IMG/VR virus record: IMGVR_UViG_3300009430_000004
Coordinates: 124,001-188,000 of that record
Length of the DNA stretch: 64,000 nt
Reading direction: 5' to 3' (one strand)
Each line of letters begins with the position of its first letter. The first letter of the stretch is position 1. This document shows positions 1-10,581 of the stretch, in pieces. The translations under genes were made by a program, and so were the position numbers. A model generated the notes under the pieces. The model was not told the DNA's origin. It saw nothing but the letters and a program-made list of their open reading frames with translations, and ran no database searches.

Positions 1-3
1 AGA

Positions 4-2085
4 ATGCTCAATGGACTACCTGATATTGAAGATTTTGATTATATCTTCGTTGATGAAATAACCTGCACTGAGCTAAGTCTTAATCCTAATACCCCAATAC
101 ATGAGTATACTAAGGAGGAGATAATAAGACTTGAAAGCTATGGCATATTAGAATCAATAAAGAAAGAATATCTAACTAAGAAGTATTTAAATTATCTTGG
201 ACCTAATAGTATAGATATAGTTAGGGCAAGGAGTGCCAGAAACTTCAGTATTTTGAGAATGTCTCAGAGTATGTCAGAGAGTTTTTATGAAGAGTTTAAT
301 AACATATATGAACAGTGTAGAGAATACTTTATGTCTGTTCTATATATAAAAGAGTATGGTAAGGAGTATGACTTATATGATAACTTCATGGCAATGATGA
401 TATTCATAATGTCAATACAAAGACTTATCACAAATACTTTTAAATATGGTATTGAGCGAGATTTCTACGACCTAGGATCAATAGAAATGATGTTCAATGC
501 TTACAATGTTCCGTTCATAGCGGAACTGCCTATAGAATATCAACGTATTCTCCTTCGTAACCTAAATAACCTTCTAAGGTATAAATCTACTGATAAGGTT
601 CTATATGATGTTTGTACTCTATTGGGTTTTGAACGTATAAGAATATTTAAGTATTATCTTATGAAGGAACATGCTCTCGATGTCAATGAGAACCCATTGT
701 TTGTTTATAAAACTATTAAGGATGAGCATGGTAATGACATAGTGGTTGAAGATAAAGAGCAGATGTACCGATTCTATTTCCAGACAGTTGACCTTAAGGA
801 AAGAAATGTTGCACTTGCACTCACCGACTCGACAGCTAAACTTGATTATAATCAAGTAACTGTAGAAGACCCATATTGGTGGGAAGACGAAGATCTTAGG
901 GAAGCACTGTACAATACTGAGTTCAATTATGTTGAAACTAAATTCTTGAATATGAATATAATGTACAAATTGACAGAAATGTTATTTGAGGTTATATATA
1001 CATTCAGAATGTTGGTTGATAAAAAAACAGAAGTTGATCGTATTACAATACAACTTCCGAAGATATTCGATAAGAAGGAGATTAAATTATTTGATTTGGC
1101 TATCTTCTTATCTGCTTTACTATGTAAGAAGAATAAGATGAGTGGGAACATCCTACACACCCCATCTAAGATTCTATCAGTAATGGGATTTAATTTCAGT
1201 GCTGATATGAATAAGGTGAGAGAATATATTGATAAAAACCCTCGTCTATTTGACAGAGAAACGCTGAAAAGATATCTTGAGAGATTGAATATTTATAATC
1301 CTCAGGATGTAAATGCGGTATTTACTAATGTTAAGAAGTTTAACGATTTCATTGTAGACAAGATGGCTAAGAGCCAGAATATTGAAGAGTATAGAGCATA
1401 TCAACAATTACACAAGACTCTCATGATAACAAATGAGACAACAGACTTATTCAAAAAAGATGATGGTACTATTGCTGAAACATTCCTTGATTATCTTGAG
1501 TATAGCGACTTTGACCTATATACTTTCGTAACAACATGCGATGAGTCTAAAATTTCTGAGTATATTGAACACGGCTTATTTAAACTAAATGAGCTCATGA
1601 CAACCTTAAAATATACTTATATACTTAATGACTCAAACAATGCATTGCTTAATGCTGTAATAACATTAATTCGTTTCTTCAAGTCATATACAACAGACTT
1701 GAGTAACTTCAATATCTTATATCTAATGGATAGTCGATATTACAATATGATAAAGTTAATCAATGACATCCATTTTATAGATAAATGCAACTGTATTAAA
1801 GAGCCAATGAAGGCTATAAAATTAAAAGAAAAACTTACTCCAAAGAGTAAAATATGGCATAATGATTTGGAGCAATTCAAATACAAGGTTAAATCTGTTA
1901 GTGTTGATGCAACTATTAGTGATGAGAAGCATTTCGAAAATGTTATTTCATCAATTAATGCAAATTATAAAATTTACTCCAAATTGATGCTAGATTATAT
2001 GGATACCTTAGGTATATTTAAGACGAATATGGTAACTGATAGGCTACCAATGACGGATAAAATCCGTCTCATTTATGAAGAATAG
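4..2085 (+). CDS. Large conserved jumbo-phage protein, probably virion/baseplate (may extend 5' beyond the window)
   Basis: 693-aa ORF at the window edge; no enzyme motif; lies next to late-class genes. Confidence 0.45.
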   Translation: MLNGLPDIEDFDYIFVDEITCTELSLNPNTPIHEYTKEEIIRLESYGILESIKKEYLTKKYLNYLGPNSIDIVRARSARNFSILRMSQSMSESFYEEFNNIYEQCREYFMSVLYIKEYGKEYDLYDNFMAMMIFIMSIQRLITNTFKYGIERDFYDLGSIEMMFNAYNVPFIAELPIEYQRILLRNLNNLLRYKSTDKVLYDVCTLLGFERIRIFKYYLMKEHALDVNENPLFVYKTIKDEHGNDIVVEDKEQMYRFYFQTVDLKERNVALALTDSTAKLDYNQVTVEDPYWWEDEDLREALYNTEFNYVETKFLNMNIMYKLTEMLFEVIYTFRMLVDKKTEVDRITIQLPKIFDKKEIKLFDLAIFLSALLCKKNKMSGNILHTPSKILSVMGFNFSADMNKVREYIDKNPRLFDRETLKRYLERLNIYNPQDVNAVFTNVKKFNDFIVDKMAKSQNIEEYRAYQQLHKTLMITNETTDLFKKDDGTIAETFLDYLEYSDFDLYTFVTTCDESKISEYIEHGLFKLNELMTTLKYTYILNDSNNALLNAVITLIRFFKSYTTDLSNFNILYLMDSRYYNMIKLINDIHFIDKCNCIKEPMKAIKLKEKLTPKSKIWHNDLEQFKYKVKSVSVDATISDEKHFENVISSINANYKIYSKLMLDYMDTLGIFKTNMVTDRLPMTDKIRLIYEE

Positions 2086-2089
2086 CAAA

Positions 2090-2102
2090 AACATAAATAT
2101 AA
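2090..2102 (+). promoter_or_regulatory. Late-class promoter motif AACA-N6-TAA
   Basis: AACATAAATATAA just upstream of the RBS of 2123..2995; one of 16 exact intergenic copies. Confidence 0.7.
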
Positions 2103-2122
2103 TTAAATAGAATTCAGAAAGG

Positions 2123-2995
2123 GTGAAAAAGATGAGCGATATTTTAAAATTACACGATAAAATCAATAGTAATGACACCTTATCATTTGAGTATAAGCCA
2201 TCTGTTCTTACAAGAACCCGAGTAATCGGCGGTTACGTCCATTTTACAGATAAGAATGGTATAAGCCAGTTAGGAGAAGTGCTCTTCGATGAAGAGAATC
2301 AGATAGTTCTTGGTGGTGCATTATTCGTTTTGGAAAAAGTATTCGGGGTGCAATCACCTCTTACAGTAGACTATCTGAATAATGTTATGGGTATAGCCAA
2401 TACTGGTACGCCAATTACAGACATTTATCCAAAAGATAACGTTGTTTGTTTATTTGGTGTAGGAACAGGAGGCTGTGGAGACTCAATTAATTCGGTAAGG
2501 GATGTTAAATTCTATGAAAGAGAAATCTTCGATATGGTTCCTTTCAGAGTAACAGACATAGCTTTATCTGAAACTGACCAACAGAAATATTGGTTCAAGA
2601 AAGTGTTAGGTAACGGAAAAACTGCTTACTACCTGAAAAATTTCGAAGCTTCACCTCAAATAAAGGTACTCTGGAAAGATGCACAGGGAGATGAAGATGG
2701 TACAGAAGTAGAAGCAGGAGTTCATAATACCACAAGAACGGAACCAATTGAATCATTTGTTGAAATGATTCTTAAGGTAACAAAGAAGGATATTAGAGAA
2801 TGGTTTGAAATGAATGGTCATATCGAACAAACTAGGGTTAATTCTATAGGCTTATTTACAGGTGTTAAAGGTCAATTGGCTAACATGAGCACAGATTACA
2901 AACAAGTAAAAATGTTCTCAAAACTTAACATCAATAACGAAATGTTAACCCTGTCAAAAGATTTAACAATTATTTATAGAATATACACATCTTAA
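2123..2995 (+). CDS. Putative virion structural (baseplate-like) protein
   Basis: 290 aa; late-class promoter; FGVGTGG motif and a C-terminal 'LTIIYRIY' strand typical of tail/baseplate proteins. Confidence 0.45.
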   Translation: MKKMSDILKLHDKINSNDTLSFEYKPSVLTRTRVIGGYVHFTDKNGISQLGEVLFDEENQIVLGGALFVLEKVFGVQSPLTVDYLNNVMGIANTGTPITDIYPKDNVVCLFGVGTGGCGDSINSVRDVKFYEREIFDMVPFRVTDIALSETDQQKYWFKKVLGNGKTAYYLKNFEASPQIKVLWKDAQGDEDGTEVEAGVHNTTRTEPIESFVEMILKVTKKDIREWFEMNGHIEQTRVNSIGLFTGVKGQLANMSTDYKQVKMFSKLNINNEMLTLSKDLTIIYRIYTS

Positions 2996-3009
2996 CAAAT
3001 AAAAGATAG

Positions 3010-3054
3010 ATATAATAGAGTAGCTTATGTTACTCTATTATATTTCTCTTTTTT
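3010..3054 (+). terminator. Intrinsic terminator
   Basis: ATATAATAGAGTA-loop-TACTCTATTATAT followed by a T-rich tract. Confidence 0.75.
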
Positions 3055-3067
3055 AACATCTATATAA
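3055..3067 (+). promoter_or_regulatory. Late-class promoter AACA-N6-TAA
   Basis: AACATCTATATAA upstream of the RNAP beta'-C gene. Confidence 0.7.
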
Positions 3068-3092
3068 GAAATTTATAGAAAGGGGAGATACG

Positions 3093-4301
3093 ATGAGTAA
3101 GTTACCTGATAAGGAGAAAGCTTATCTATTAAGCTTGAAACCTGAAGATATAACATTTGATTTATTAGTGGACTTATTTGCAGATACTGCAAAGGTTGTT
3201 GATGGAAAAGCAAAGACTATTCCTAGCAGGATTAAAACTCATGACGAGTTTGATTTAAATCCTGGTGAGTATTTCAACAAAGAAAAGGTTCATACAAATG
3301 CTGGTCTTTTCATATATAATAAACTTATTGTGGAAAGAAGATTATCTGGAGTGTTAGGCTATGTCAATACTCCACTAAATAAGGGAGCCGTTGAAAAAAT
3401 AGAGGATAAACTATCAAATGCATTACTTAATGATGAAATTACAGTTAATGATATGGTTGAATATCTGGACAGAACTCAATGGTTAGCAATGCAATTTCAT
3501 GCTGTTGTGAGTGGTTCATTCACGATGAATACCTTAAAACCAAATACTAAGGTAGTTAATGAAAGAAAGCGTTTATTAAAAGAAAACCGAGAAAAACTCC
3601 AGAATGGAGATGTTGATGCTGCGGTTAAGATTGAAAAACAATTATTGGCTGTTGCAGATAAGGAGCTTGCTGGTGACCCAGGTCTAGATTTATACAAGTC
3701 TGGGGCAAGAGGTTCATTCGGTAATAACTTTAAGAATATTAGTGTTATGAAAGGTCCCGTATTTAATCCAGTAACAGGTCAATTCGATATAGTTGAATCT
3801 AATTTTATGGAAGGTATCAATAAGGAAGAGCTTCCTATTTACGGCAATGCTATCATTACTGGAGCATATCCTAAAGCAATCGGTACTGCCGTTTCAGGAT
3901 ATTTCAGTAAACAGATTATAGCAGCTCTTCAAGCCGTTGTACTTGATAAAATAGGTTCAGATTGTGGTACTAAGGGGTATCAGAAAATAACAATACATCC
4001 AGGTTCAGAGAAAGATTTCTTATATCGTTTCGTCATAGAGGGAAGTAAGTTAGTTGAATTAACTGACAAGAATATTTCTAGCTATGTCGGTAAGGAAGTT
4101 AAGATGAGGTCACCTATGTATTGCATCGGCAAGAAGTTATGTAGAGCATGTGCTGGACGAATGTATGAAAAACTTGAAATTGATAATATTGGACTTACAG
4201 CAGCAAGAGTTTCCTCAACGCTGCTGAACTTATCAATGAAAAAGTTCCATGACTCCAGTGCAAAAATAACTCAAATAAAGATTAATGATTTAGTGTTATA
4301 A
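3093..4301 (+). CDS. rpoC: Split multisubunit RNA polymerase beta' subunit, C-terminal part (probably virion RNAP)
   Basis: SGARGS, SNFMEG, TAVSGY (bridge helix), DCGT, RSPMYC..LCRACAG zinc site, IGLTAA...LSMKKFH (trigger loop). Confidence 0.9.
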   Translation: MSKLPDKEKAYLLSLKPEDITFDLLVDLFADTAKVVDGKAKTIPSRIKTHDEFDLNPGEYFNKEKVHTNAGLFIYNKLIVERRLSGVLGYVNTPLNKGAVEKIEDKLSNALLNDEITVNDMVEYLDRTQWLAMQFHAVVSGSFTMNTLKPNTKVVNERKRLLKENREKLQNGDVDAAVKIEKQLLAVADKELAGDPGLDLYKSGARGSFGNNFKNISVMKGPVFNPVTGQFDIVESNFMEGINKEELPIYGNAIITGAYPKAIGTAVSGYFSKQIIAALQAVVLDKIGSDCGTKGYQKITIHPGSEKDFLYRFVIEGSKLVELTDKNISSYVGKEVKMRSPMYCIGKKLCRACAGRMYEKLEIDNIGLTAARVSSTLLNLSMKKFHDSSAKITQIKINDLVL

Positions 4302-4303
4302 TA

Positions 4304-4335
4304 AGAGAGCATACCGTTTTGGTATGCTCTTTTTT
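4304..4335 (+). terminator. Intrinsic terminator
   Basis: AGAGCATACC-GTTTT-GGTATGCTCT followed by a T tract. Confidence 0.8.
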
Positions 4336-4338
4336 ATT

Positions 4339-4348
4339 TATATATTAT
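4339..4348 (+). promoter_or_regulatory. Early-class promoter motif TATATATTAT
   Basis: Exact recurrent 10-mer right after the terminator, upstream of 4382 and the beta'-N gene. Confidence 0.65.
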
Positions 4349-4381
4349 AGATTGGTAATAAAAAGTATAGGAGGTAAATAT

Positions 4382-4549
4382 ATGGAACCTGAAGAGTTTA
4401 AAAAGAGAATGTCTGAGATAAATTCTCATGATAATGACGAAGAGACTGACCATAAAAAGGCGGATATGTTAATGTGTGAAGTATTAGAAAGTTTAGGCTA
4501 TGGGGAAGGAGTTGAAATATTCAAAAATATGCCAAAATACTATGCTTAG
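4382..4549 (+). CDS. Small hypothetical phage protein (55 aa)
   Basis: AGGAGG RBS before ATG 4382 (MEPEEFKKRM...); the track's longer start at 4319 runs through the terminator. Confidence 0.7.
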   Translation: MEPEEFKKRMSEINSHDNDEETDHKKADMLMCEVLESLGYGEGVEIFKNMPKYYA

Positions 4550-4615
4550 CACACCAAATAAAAAGTTATAAAGGATATAACTATACAATAGGTAACATGT
4601 TAAGGAGGCGGGGAA

Positions 4616-6028
4616 ATGAAGCGAAACAATGTTCGACTCATCAAATTAAATTGGAATGAGGAGTGTGAAAAAGATTTTATTATAGGTAAGGGTTTTGAAA
4701 TAACCCAACCCGCATTTAAGGGTGAAGAAAAATGTATGTATGGAACCCACTCCCCCCTATATGCAACTGACTGGGAAGATGAAGATGCTTTCTCTGAAAG
4801 ATATTCCTGTCAGTGTAAAAATCTTAGGGGTAGGGTGTATGAGGACGAGATATGTCCTGTATGTAATACAAAGGTTAGATTTAGAGATGTTGATTTAAAG
4901 ATGTTTGGATGGATAAAACTGTACAATCAGAATGTAATTCATCCAATATTTTATAAGATGATTAAATCGGTAATTGGAGATAAGCAATTTACTGAGATTA
5001 TAGAATTCGATAAAGACATGACCAAGAACGGAATAATTATAAATAAGAAAAGTAAGAATCCGTTTAAAGGTATAGGTCTTATCGAGTTTGAAGAAAGATT
5101 CGATGAGATTATGGCTTATTTCAGAGAGAAGAAAAAGAATAAGATTGACATTATAGATGAAATAATGAATGAAAGAGAAAAGGTATTCACATCATGTATA
5201 CCTGTTTACTCAGCAGTATTAAGACCTGTTTCATTCAGAGGTGAAACTTACTTCTATAATTCTATAGATAAGAAGTATAACTCAATCTTTTCATTGTCTC
5301 GTTTACTGAATAATACAGGTCCAGTATCCAGTAAAAAGAAGGTTAAGAAGAAAAAGATGGATGAACCTACAATACTACAAACACTTCAAAAGAAGTTGAT
5401 AGAACTGTGGGAATTAATATTCATGCAGATAAACCAGAAGGATGGTCATATAAAAGACCAAATACTAGGTGGAAGAATAAACTTCTCTGCAAGAAATGTT
5501 ATCATACCTGATCCTGACCTTAGAGCCGATGAAATTAGATTGTGTTACTTATCTTTCCTTGAATTATTCAAGTATCAAGTAATATCTCATCTAGTTAAGA
5601 TGAATGACATAACAGAAAACGAAGCTTATGAGCAGTGGTACAAAGCCACTATTATATATAACCCGAAGATATATGAATTAATGATGCACTTGGTTAAGAA
5701 GAGAAAACCTAAAGTGCTTATAAACAGAAACCCGACAATCAACTACGGGTCAATGTTATTGATGAAAGTTGTTGATATCAAGAATGAATATAAAGAAGAT
5801 TATACAATGAGTCTACCAATACAAATACTTGGTGTACTTAATGCAGACTTCGATGGAGACATTCTCAATATTATAGCAATGATGACCAAGAAAACTGCTA
5901 AGGCATTTGATAAGATATTCAATCCTAGAAAGAATATGTTTATTTCTAGAAATGATGGATTATTTAATGATGACTTTAATCTATTCAAAGACCAGTTAAC
6001 AGGTTTGAGGGAATTCAATTGTATCTAA
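4616..6028 (+). CDS. rpoC: Split RNA polymerase beta' subunit, N-terminal/catalytic part (probably non-virion RNAP)
   Basis: Zinc finger CQC...CPVC, LGGRINFSARNVI, INRNPTI and the catalytic NADFDGD motif. Confidence 0.93.
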   Translation: MKRNNVRLIKLNWNEECEKDFIIGKGFEITQPAFKGEEKCMYGTHSPLYATDWEDEDAFSERYSCQCKNLRGRVYEDEICPVCNTKVRFRDVDLKMFGWIKLYNQNVIHPIFYKMIKSVIGDKQFTEIIEFDKDMTKNGIIINKKSKNPFKGIGLIEFEERFDEIMAYFREKKKNKIDIIDEIMNEREKVFTSCIPVYSAVLRPVSFRGETYFYNSIDKKYNSIFSLSRLLNNTGPVSSKKKVKKKKMDEPTILQTLQKKLIELWELIFMQINQKDGHIKDQILGGRINFSARNVIIPDPDLRADEIRLCYLSFLELFKYQVISHLVKMNDITENEAYEQWYKATIIYNPKIYELMMHLVKKRKPKVLINRNPTINYGSMLLMKVVDIKNEYKEDYTMSLPIQILGVLNADFDGDILNIIAMMTKKTAKAFDKIFNPRKNMFISRNDGLFNDDFNLFKDQLTGLREFNCI

Positions 6029-6060
6029 GAGGTAGGCTTATCCTACCTCTATTTTATTTT
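6028..6060 (+). terminator. Intrinsic terminator
   Basis: AGAGGTAGG-CTTAT-CCTACCTCT followed by an AT/T tract. Confidence 0.75.
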
Positions 6061-6158
6061 CGGAAAGGAAGTGTAACTAACCGTTTCCGATTTTAATCCA
6101 ATAAGATAAACAATATATTGGTATCAAGGGGAGAATTGATGAAACGGGAGGTATACGA

Positions 6159-6371
6159 ATGAAGAAAAATTTATCAATTTCTTTCAATACAATAAATGAT
6201 TCCTTTATGGTATTAAAAGTAATGGGAGGCTCATTGCATCTCCCAGTAAATCAAGATGATAAAGTTTCAGATATGTGTGAAAATGTTAATGACTTTCTTA
6301 CAGAGTTATTTAATATCCAAGGTGTAGAAGAAATATTTGAAAAATATGGTGCTAAATTTGAGAAAGTTTAA
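6159..6371 (+). CDS. Hypothetical protein
   Basis: 70 aa; GGGAGG RBS; followed by a hairpin at about 6371-6412. Confidence 0.7.
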   Translation: MKKNLSISFNTINDSFMVLKVMGGSLHLPVNQDDKVSDMCENVNDFLTELFNIQGVEEIFEKYGAKFEKV

Positions 6372-6455
6372 ATTAATTATTCCTGTGAAATATCAGGAAT
6401 AATTAATTTTTTATTTTCTCTAAAACTGTTAATTAATTAATGGAGGTGTATAAAA

Positions 6456-6959
6456 ATGAGTGATAATCAAAACCAACAAGGAACTGACATATTTGATAAG
6501 ATATTCGGTTCTTATTTAGGAATTGACGAAGAGTCTCTGAAGAAAAGAGCAAAGGAATTCATTGACAACAAAGAAATTGAAGTGACTCAATTTGCTTTTA
6601 ATGAATTAGTCACTAGAATATTAGTAGAACAGGGTTTAATAACCAAGGGAGAATTTAATAGTCGATATAACCAAATAATTGCTGGATATTTGACTATAGT
6701 GTTAGATTCAGCACAAAAGGAGAAAGAGACATTAGTAAATACTCAAGATAATGAAGTTCCCTTTAAGAAACAGGACATTCGATTTAGGGAAATACTGATT
6801 GAAACTATTAAGGAGAAGATAATTAACCTTCTTGATAAAAAACAAGAGGTTGAAATAAAAAATGGTGATGAGGAGGATGAAGTACATGGCACAACACAAA
6901 TCAGGATCGACCCAGGGCATAATAGCTCCATCGGGAATGAGAATGCCGACGGAAAATGA
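6456..6959 (+). CDS. Hypothetical protein
   Basis: 167 aa; GGAGG RBS. Confidence 0.7.
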   Translation: MSDNQNQQGTDIFDKIFGSYLGIDEESLKKRAKEFIDNKEIEVTQFAFNELVTRILVEQGLITKGEFNSRYNQIIAGYLTIVLDSAQKEKETLVNTQDNEVPFKKQDIRFREILIETIKEKIINLLDKKQEVEIKNGDEEDEVHGTTQIRIDPGHNSSIGNENADGK

Positions 6960-7278
6960 TTTAAGAAATATGGCTGCACAAGCAGTAATGGAGCAGGTTG
7001 GTGCTAATATAATATTAGACCATATTGACGCCATTGAAAATGCATTAGTTGAATGCGGGTTAGTTTCCGAGGAGAAATTTAAGGAAATACTTACAAAATC
7101 TAGAATAGACTCTCTGGAAAAAAATATAAAGGATTTAGAGACTTATATAGCTGAGGCTGAAAAAGGAAACGGTCCTATGAAGATTTATGACATCAAGTTA
7201 AGACGATATATAATTGAAGAATACAGAAGACATATAGACGAAATTAAAAAAGTTAAGGTTAGTAAAATTCTTGAGTAG
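6886..7278 (+). CDS. Hypothetical protein
   Basis: GAGGAGG RBS before ATG 6886 (MAQHKSG...); overlaps the upstream ORF. Confidence 0.65.
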   Translation: MAQHKSGSTQGIIAPSGMRMPTENDLRNMAAQAVMEQVGANIILDHIDAIENALVECGLVSEEKFKEILTKSRIDSLEKNIKDLETYIAEAEKGNGPMKIYDIKLRRYIIEEYRRHIDEIKKVKVSKILE

Positions 7279-7297
7279 GTAATAGGGGGTCGGGGTA

Positions 7298-7801
7298 ATG
7301 TATAAATGGAATGGTGAGGAATGGTATAAAGCCGCACCTTTACACAAGAGAATACGCAAATGGTTCTTTTGGTTAGGTGGCTGGGAGAAACCTAATTGCT
7401 TAGGTTGGAGGGTATTCGATAAAGATTATCTTCCAAGTAAAAAGATGACAAGGGAAGAACTCGATAAACATGTTGAAATCATAAATAATATGAAGACAAG
7501 TGAAGAACGAGATGAATATAAAAGAAAACATTTCAAGAGAATTAAAAGGAAGCTTAGGGAAATTACTCCTTGCTCCTTCTTTGGAAATACTTTAACAATA
7601 CAAAACTTTGGTGTGTATATTTCAGTGAGAAGCGGATATTTAGTAATAAACTGGAATAAGCATATGGGAAGAAAATGTTATATATCCCCAAATGGCACTC
7701 CAGGAAGTGCACATACATGGTATTGGGGTACACCATCAGATATAAAGAAATTCTCTGATGAGAAGAGAGCAAGACAGGCTGAATTTTATAGATACAAGTA
7801 G
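7298..7801 (+). CDS. Hypothetical Trp/Lys-rich protein
   Basis: 167 aa; G-rich RBS; ends in the terminator hairpin ATACAAGTAGGG-GTTTT-CCCTACTTGTAT. Confidence 0.7.
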   Translation: MYKWNGEEWYKAAPLHKRIRKWFFWLGGWEKPNCLGWRVFDKDYLPSKKMTREELDKHVEIINNMKTSEERDEYKRKHFKRIKRKLREITPCSFFGNTLTIQNFGVYISVRSGYLVINWNKHMGRKCYISPNGTPGSAHTWYWGTPSDIKKFSDEKRARQAEFYRYK

Positions 7802-7827
7802 GGGTTTTCCCTACTTGTATTTTTTTC

Positions 7828-7858
7828 CGTATTTTTGGAGCAAACACATATATATTAT
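7828..7858 (+). promoter_or_regulatory. Bipartite motif CGTA-N17-TATATATTAT
   Basis: CGTA TTTTTGGAGCAAACACA TATATATTAT; one of six copies with identical spacing. Confidence 0.75.
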
Positions 7859-7929
7859 TAATATAAGATGTAAATATATAATGCATCTAATCTATCCACT
7901 ATATAGTGGTATTCTATGGAGGGACAACC

Positions 7930-8601
7930 ATGATAAAATTTGAAAACTTAGACCTGCACGTTGATGCAAACATATTTCCAGAAAGATATAGAAAGGAAGC
8001 AATAGATTTCTTAACCCAGTTGGATAGAGAAGACTATGATACTCTATATTATGCTTGGAATGGTGAAAACTCTTTCGACACAATAGCAATGCTTAAAGGA
8101 ACACATTTCACAACTATGAAAACATTCATATTTGCTGAATTATACAGACTTCATACTAAAAAGGAGGGTATCACCGTTCAGTTTATAAAGAGTGTTTTCT
8201 TGAATGATCTTGGTGCAAAAGACATTATGACATGTCAGTTAAAAAGATACATTTCTTGTTACGAAACATATAATGATGCAAAGGATATGTTTGTAAACTG
8301 TGACGAAACTGATGTAATTAATGCCTTTAGAAGCCTAGCAATGGGTGCAGGTGTTCGATTACAAGAAATGGGTATGTCACCTTTTAACGGAAATAAAGTT
8401 CATTTAGGATTCTCACCAGATGGTTTATTTGAACTGATGGAGCTTGTTTGTGATGAAAGTCATGGACTTGATATGGGAGGATGTAATTGTAAAACCCATG
8501 AGACATATAATATCAAAATTATATCAGCTCTTGCTGCAATTGCGTTACTTAAGGGGCATCTTGAGAAAGGTTTAACAATGAAGGAGGTTGCTTGTGAATA
8601 G
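7930..8601 (+). CDS. Hypothetical protein
   Basis: GGAGGG RBS before ATG 7930 (MIKFENL...). Confidence 0.7.
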   Translation: MIKFENLDLHVDANIFPERYRKEAIDFLTQLDREDYDTLYYAWNGENSFDTIAMLKGTHFTTMKTFIFAELYRLHTKKEGITVQFIKSVFLNDLGAKDIMTCQLKRYISCYETYNDAKDMFVNCDETDVINAFRSLAMGAGVRLQEMGMSPFNGNKVHLGFSPDGLFELMELVCDESHGLDMGGCNCKTHETYNIKIISALAAIALLKGHLEKGLTMKEVACE

Positions 8602-8671
8602 GGTAAAGATGTTTGGCTTATGGATACAAAAGTTGATTACAGTACCTGGAAGGGTAATAGAACGACATAAG

Positions 8672-8705
8672 AAATAAGGACTCATCGTGAGTCCTTATTT
8701 TTTTT
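8672..8705 (+). terminator. Intrinsic terminator (possibly bidirectional)
   Basis: AAATAAGGACTCA-TCG-TGAGTCCTTATTT followed by a T tract. Confidence 0.8.
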
Positions 8706-8768
8706 CTATGCTCCGTTATATTTTTTTCTTTTCATCAACATTTAATTAATTAAATAAACAGTAAAGAG

Positions 8769-10022
8769 GTGAGAGATATGAATTACGCAATGGCGTCAAC
8801 ATCGTTAGCTCATACGTATGGAAATATAACTGCATTTATGACTGAGTTCGTAAAAGGGTTATTCCCTAAGAATTATTTCAAAACAGTCCACATAAGTTCT
8901 TCTATTGCTTATAGGCAGTTTAACGTTTTCCAAAATACTAATAAAGAGTTTATAAAGAAAAATAAGCCTATGCTTATAATACGACCAAGAATAGATATAA
9001 GTGATAATGATACATTCCTAAATAATACTTTCCTTACAACAAGGATAGATGATACTGTAACGGATTTGGATTTTAGTAATCTTCAACCGTTTATAGAAGA
9101 CAAAGAAAAGGGTGTATTCATACGATATCTTTTAAACAGATTGAAGATGAGTTTTGACATCACTATTATCACAGAAACACAGATGGAGCAAATCAACCAG
9201 GCACATTTTATAAAGAATAGAATTAGACAGGATAGACCTTTTTTCTTGTCAACATCTCTCGAAAGTTATGTGCCTAAGGAGTTCATGCAAATGCTCTCCA
9301 AGAATATAAATGTACCAATGTACGATGAAAATAATAACATAAAACCATTCTTGGATTATGTAAACGGTACATCGGTATATCCAATAACGTATAAGATGAA
9401 AAACTCTTCAGGTAATGATGAGTTCTTTAGATTTTATCCAGCTAATTTGGATACAATTTTAACTGGTTTATCAACAGACGATGGGTCTAAAAAAGGTTTT
9501 GTTTCTGACGCATTCGCTGTTAATTTCAGTTTAACTACGGAATTTTATACCGCTGGTTTATATTATTATTTGACCACCAACAAGAAGATAATAGAGGATG
9601 TTGAAATTTCAATTTTGAATGATGATACAAGTATTATTCCTGTATTTACTGTAAGTAATATCTATGATGTGAATTTACCTCATGGGTGGAATATGTACAC
9701 AGCTCCAATGTATAAAGTAGAGGTTGATAAAGTACCTGACACAATGAATATAAGTTCTTTATTCAACCAAAGCCTAGTAAAGACTATAGCTTATCATCTT
9801 GAAAAGGGGATACCTCTATCAACCTTCATTCACACCACTGTGATGAAGGACAATACAATTTTAGACCCCACTAAAGGGGAGTATAAAATAGACTTCGAAA
9901 AAATGGAATTAATTACTTATAACACAAATAAAGTATCCACATATAGACTAATAATTCATGTGAATACTTTGTATATCAATAATTTATTGGTTGATATCTT
10001 GAGACTAGACGAAGAGAGGTGA
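8769..10022 (+). CDS. Putative virion structural protein
   Basis: 417 aa; late promoter AACATTTAATTAA at 8737-8749; no enzyme motif. Confidence 0.45.
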   Translation: MRDMNYAMASTSLAHTYGNITAFMTEFVKGLFPKNYFKTVHISSSIAYRQFNVFQNTNKEFIKKNKPMLIIRPRIDISDNDTFLNNTFLTTRIDDTVTDLDFSNLQPFIEDKEKGVFIRYLLNRLKMSFDITIITETQMEQINQAHFIKNRIRQDRPFFLSTSLESYVPKEFMQMLSKNINVPMYDENNNIKPFLDYVNGTSVYPITYKMKNSSGNDEFFRFYPANLDTILTGLSTDDGSKKGFVSDAFAVNFSLTTEFYTAGLYYYLTTNKKIIEDVEISILNDDTSIIPVFTVSNIYDVNLPHGWNMYTAPMYKVEVDKVPDTMNISSLFNQSLVKTIAYHLEKGIPLSTFIHTTVMKDNTILDPTKGEYKIDFEKMELITYNTNKVSTYRLIIHVNTLYINNLLVDILRLDEER

Positions 10023-10029
10023 TAACCTC

Positions 10030-10581
10030 ATGGAGGGATTCAGGATTAAAATTATGGGCAATCAAAATATATACACTAATGAGGTAAATAACTTTTATTT
10101 ACCAAGGTACACCACCGTAGTACCTATAAATAGTGCTACTGCCGATATGGCAGAAAAAATACAATTTTTAGGGTTCACCATTGAAGATTTCGATGATGAA
10201 CAAATGAGAGTAACACTTCCATATCATTGGACTCACTTTGAGGTGAGTGATGAGCAGGAAGTAATAGTTGATGTGTTAGGTAGAATACGGGTTGTTATTG
10301 ATCCACATCGAAATAAAATGGAATTACTGCGAAGATTTGGATATGCAATTAATCATGTCAATATACCTGATAAAAAGGTATCTGGAATGCAGTGTTTCAT
10401 AACCGATATGAATAAGCCTGTGACTCAAATAGATATAAACCCACAACAATATCAACAATATTTAGATGAAGCTGGAGGCTCTGTTGACAATCTATTGAAT
10501 ATTTGCATAACTCAATGTCAAAATATACTAGATAAAGAGTTTCCAGACTGGAGAAATGAATTAGCTTATTGGAATGAATAA
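10030..10581 (+). CDS. Hypothetical protein
   Basis: 183 aa; GAGGTG RBS; terminator hairpin at about 10577-10613. Confidence 0.7.
   Translation: MEGFRIKIMGNQNIYTNEVNNFYLPRYTTVVPINSATADMAEKIQFLGFTIEDFDDEQMRVTLPYHWTHFEVSDEQEVIVDVLGRIRVVIDPHRNKMELLRRFGYAINHVNIPDKKVSGMQCFITDMNKPVTQIDINPQQYQQYLDEAGGSVDNLLNICITQCQNILDKEFPDWRNELAYWNE

Noticed and set aside
3093-6028. Introns or inteins in the RNAP, helicase or topoisomerase genes (common in AR9-like phages)
   Set aside because: Motifs are contiguous in single ORFs with no homing-endonuclease or intein signatures; splitting of RNAP subunits is normal for this phage group.
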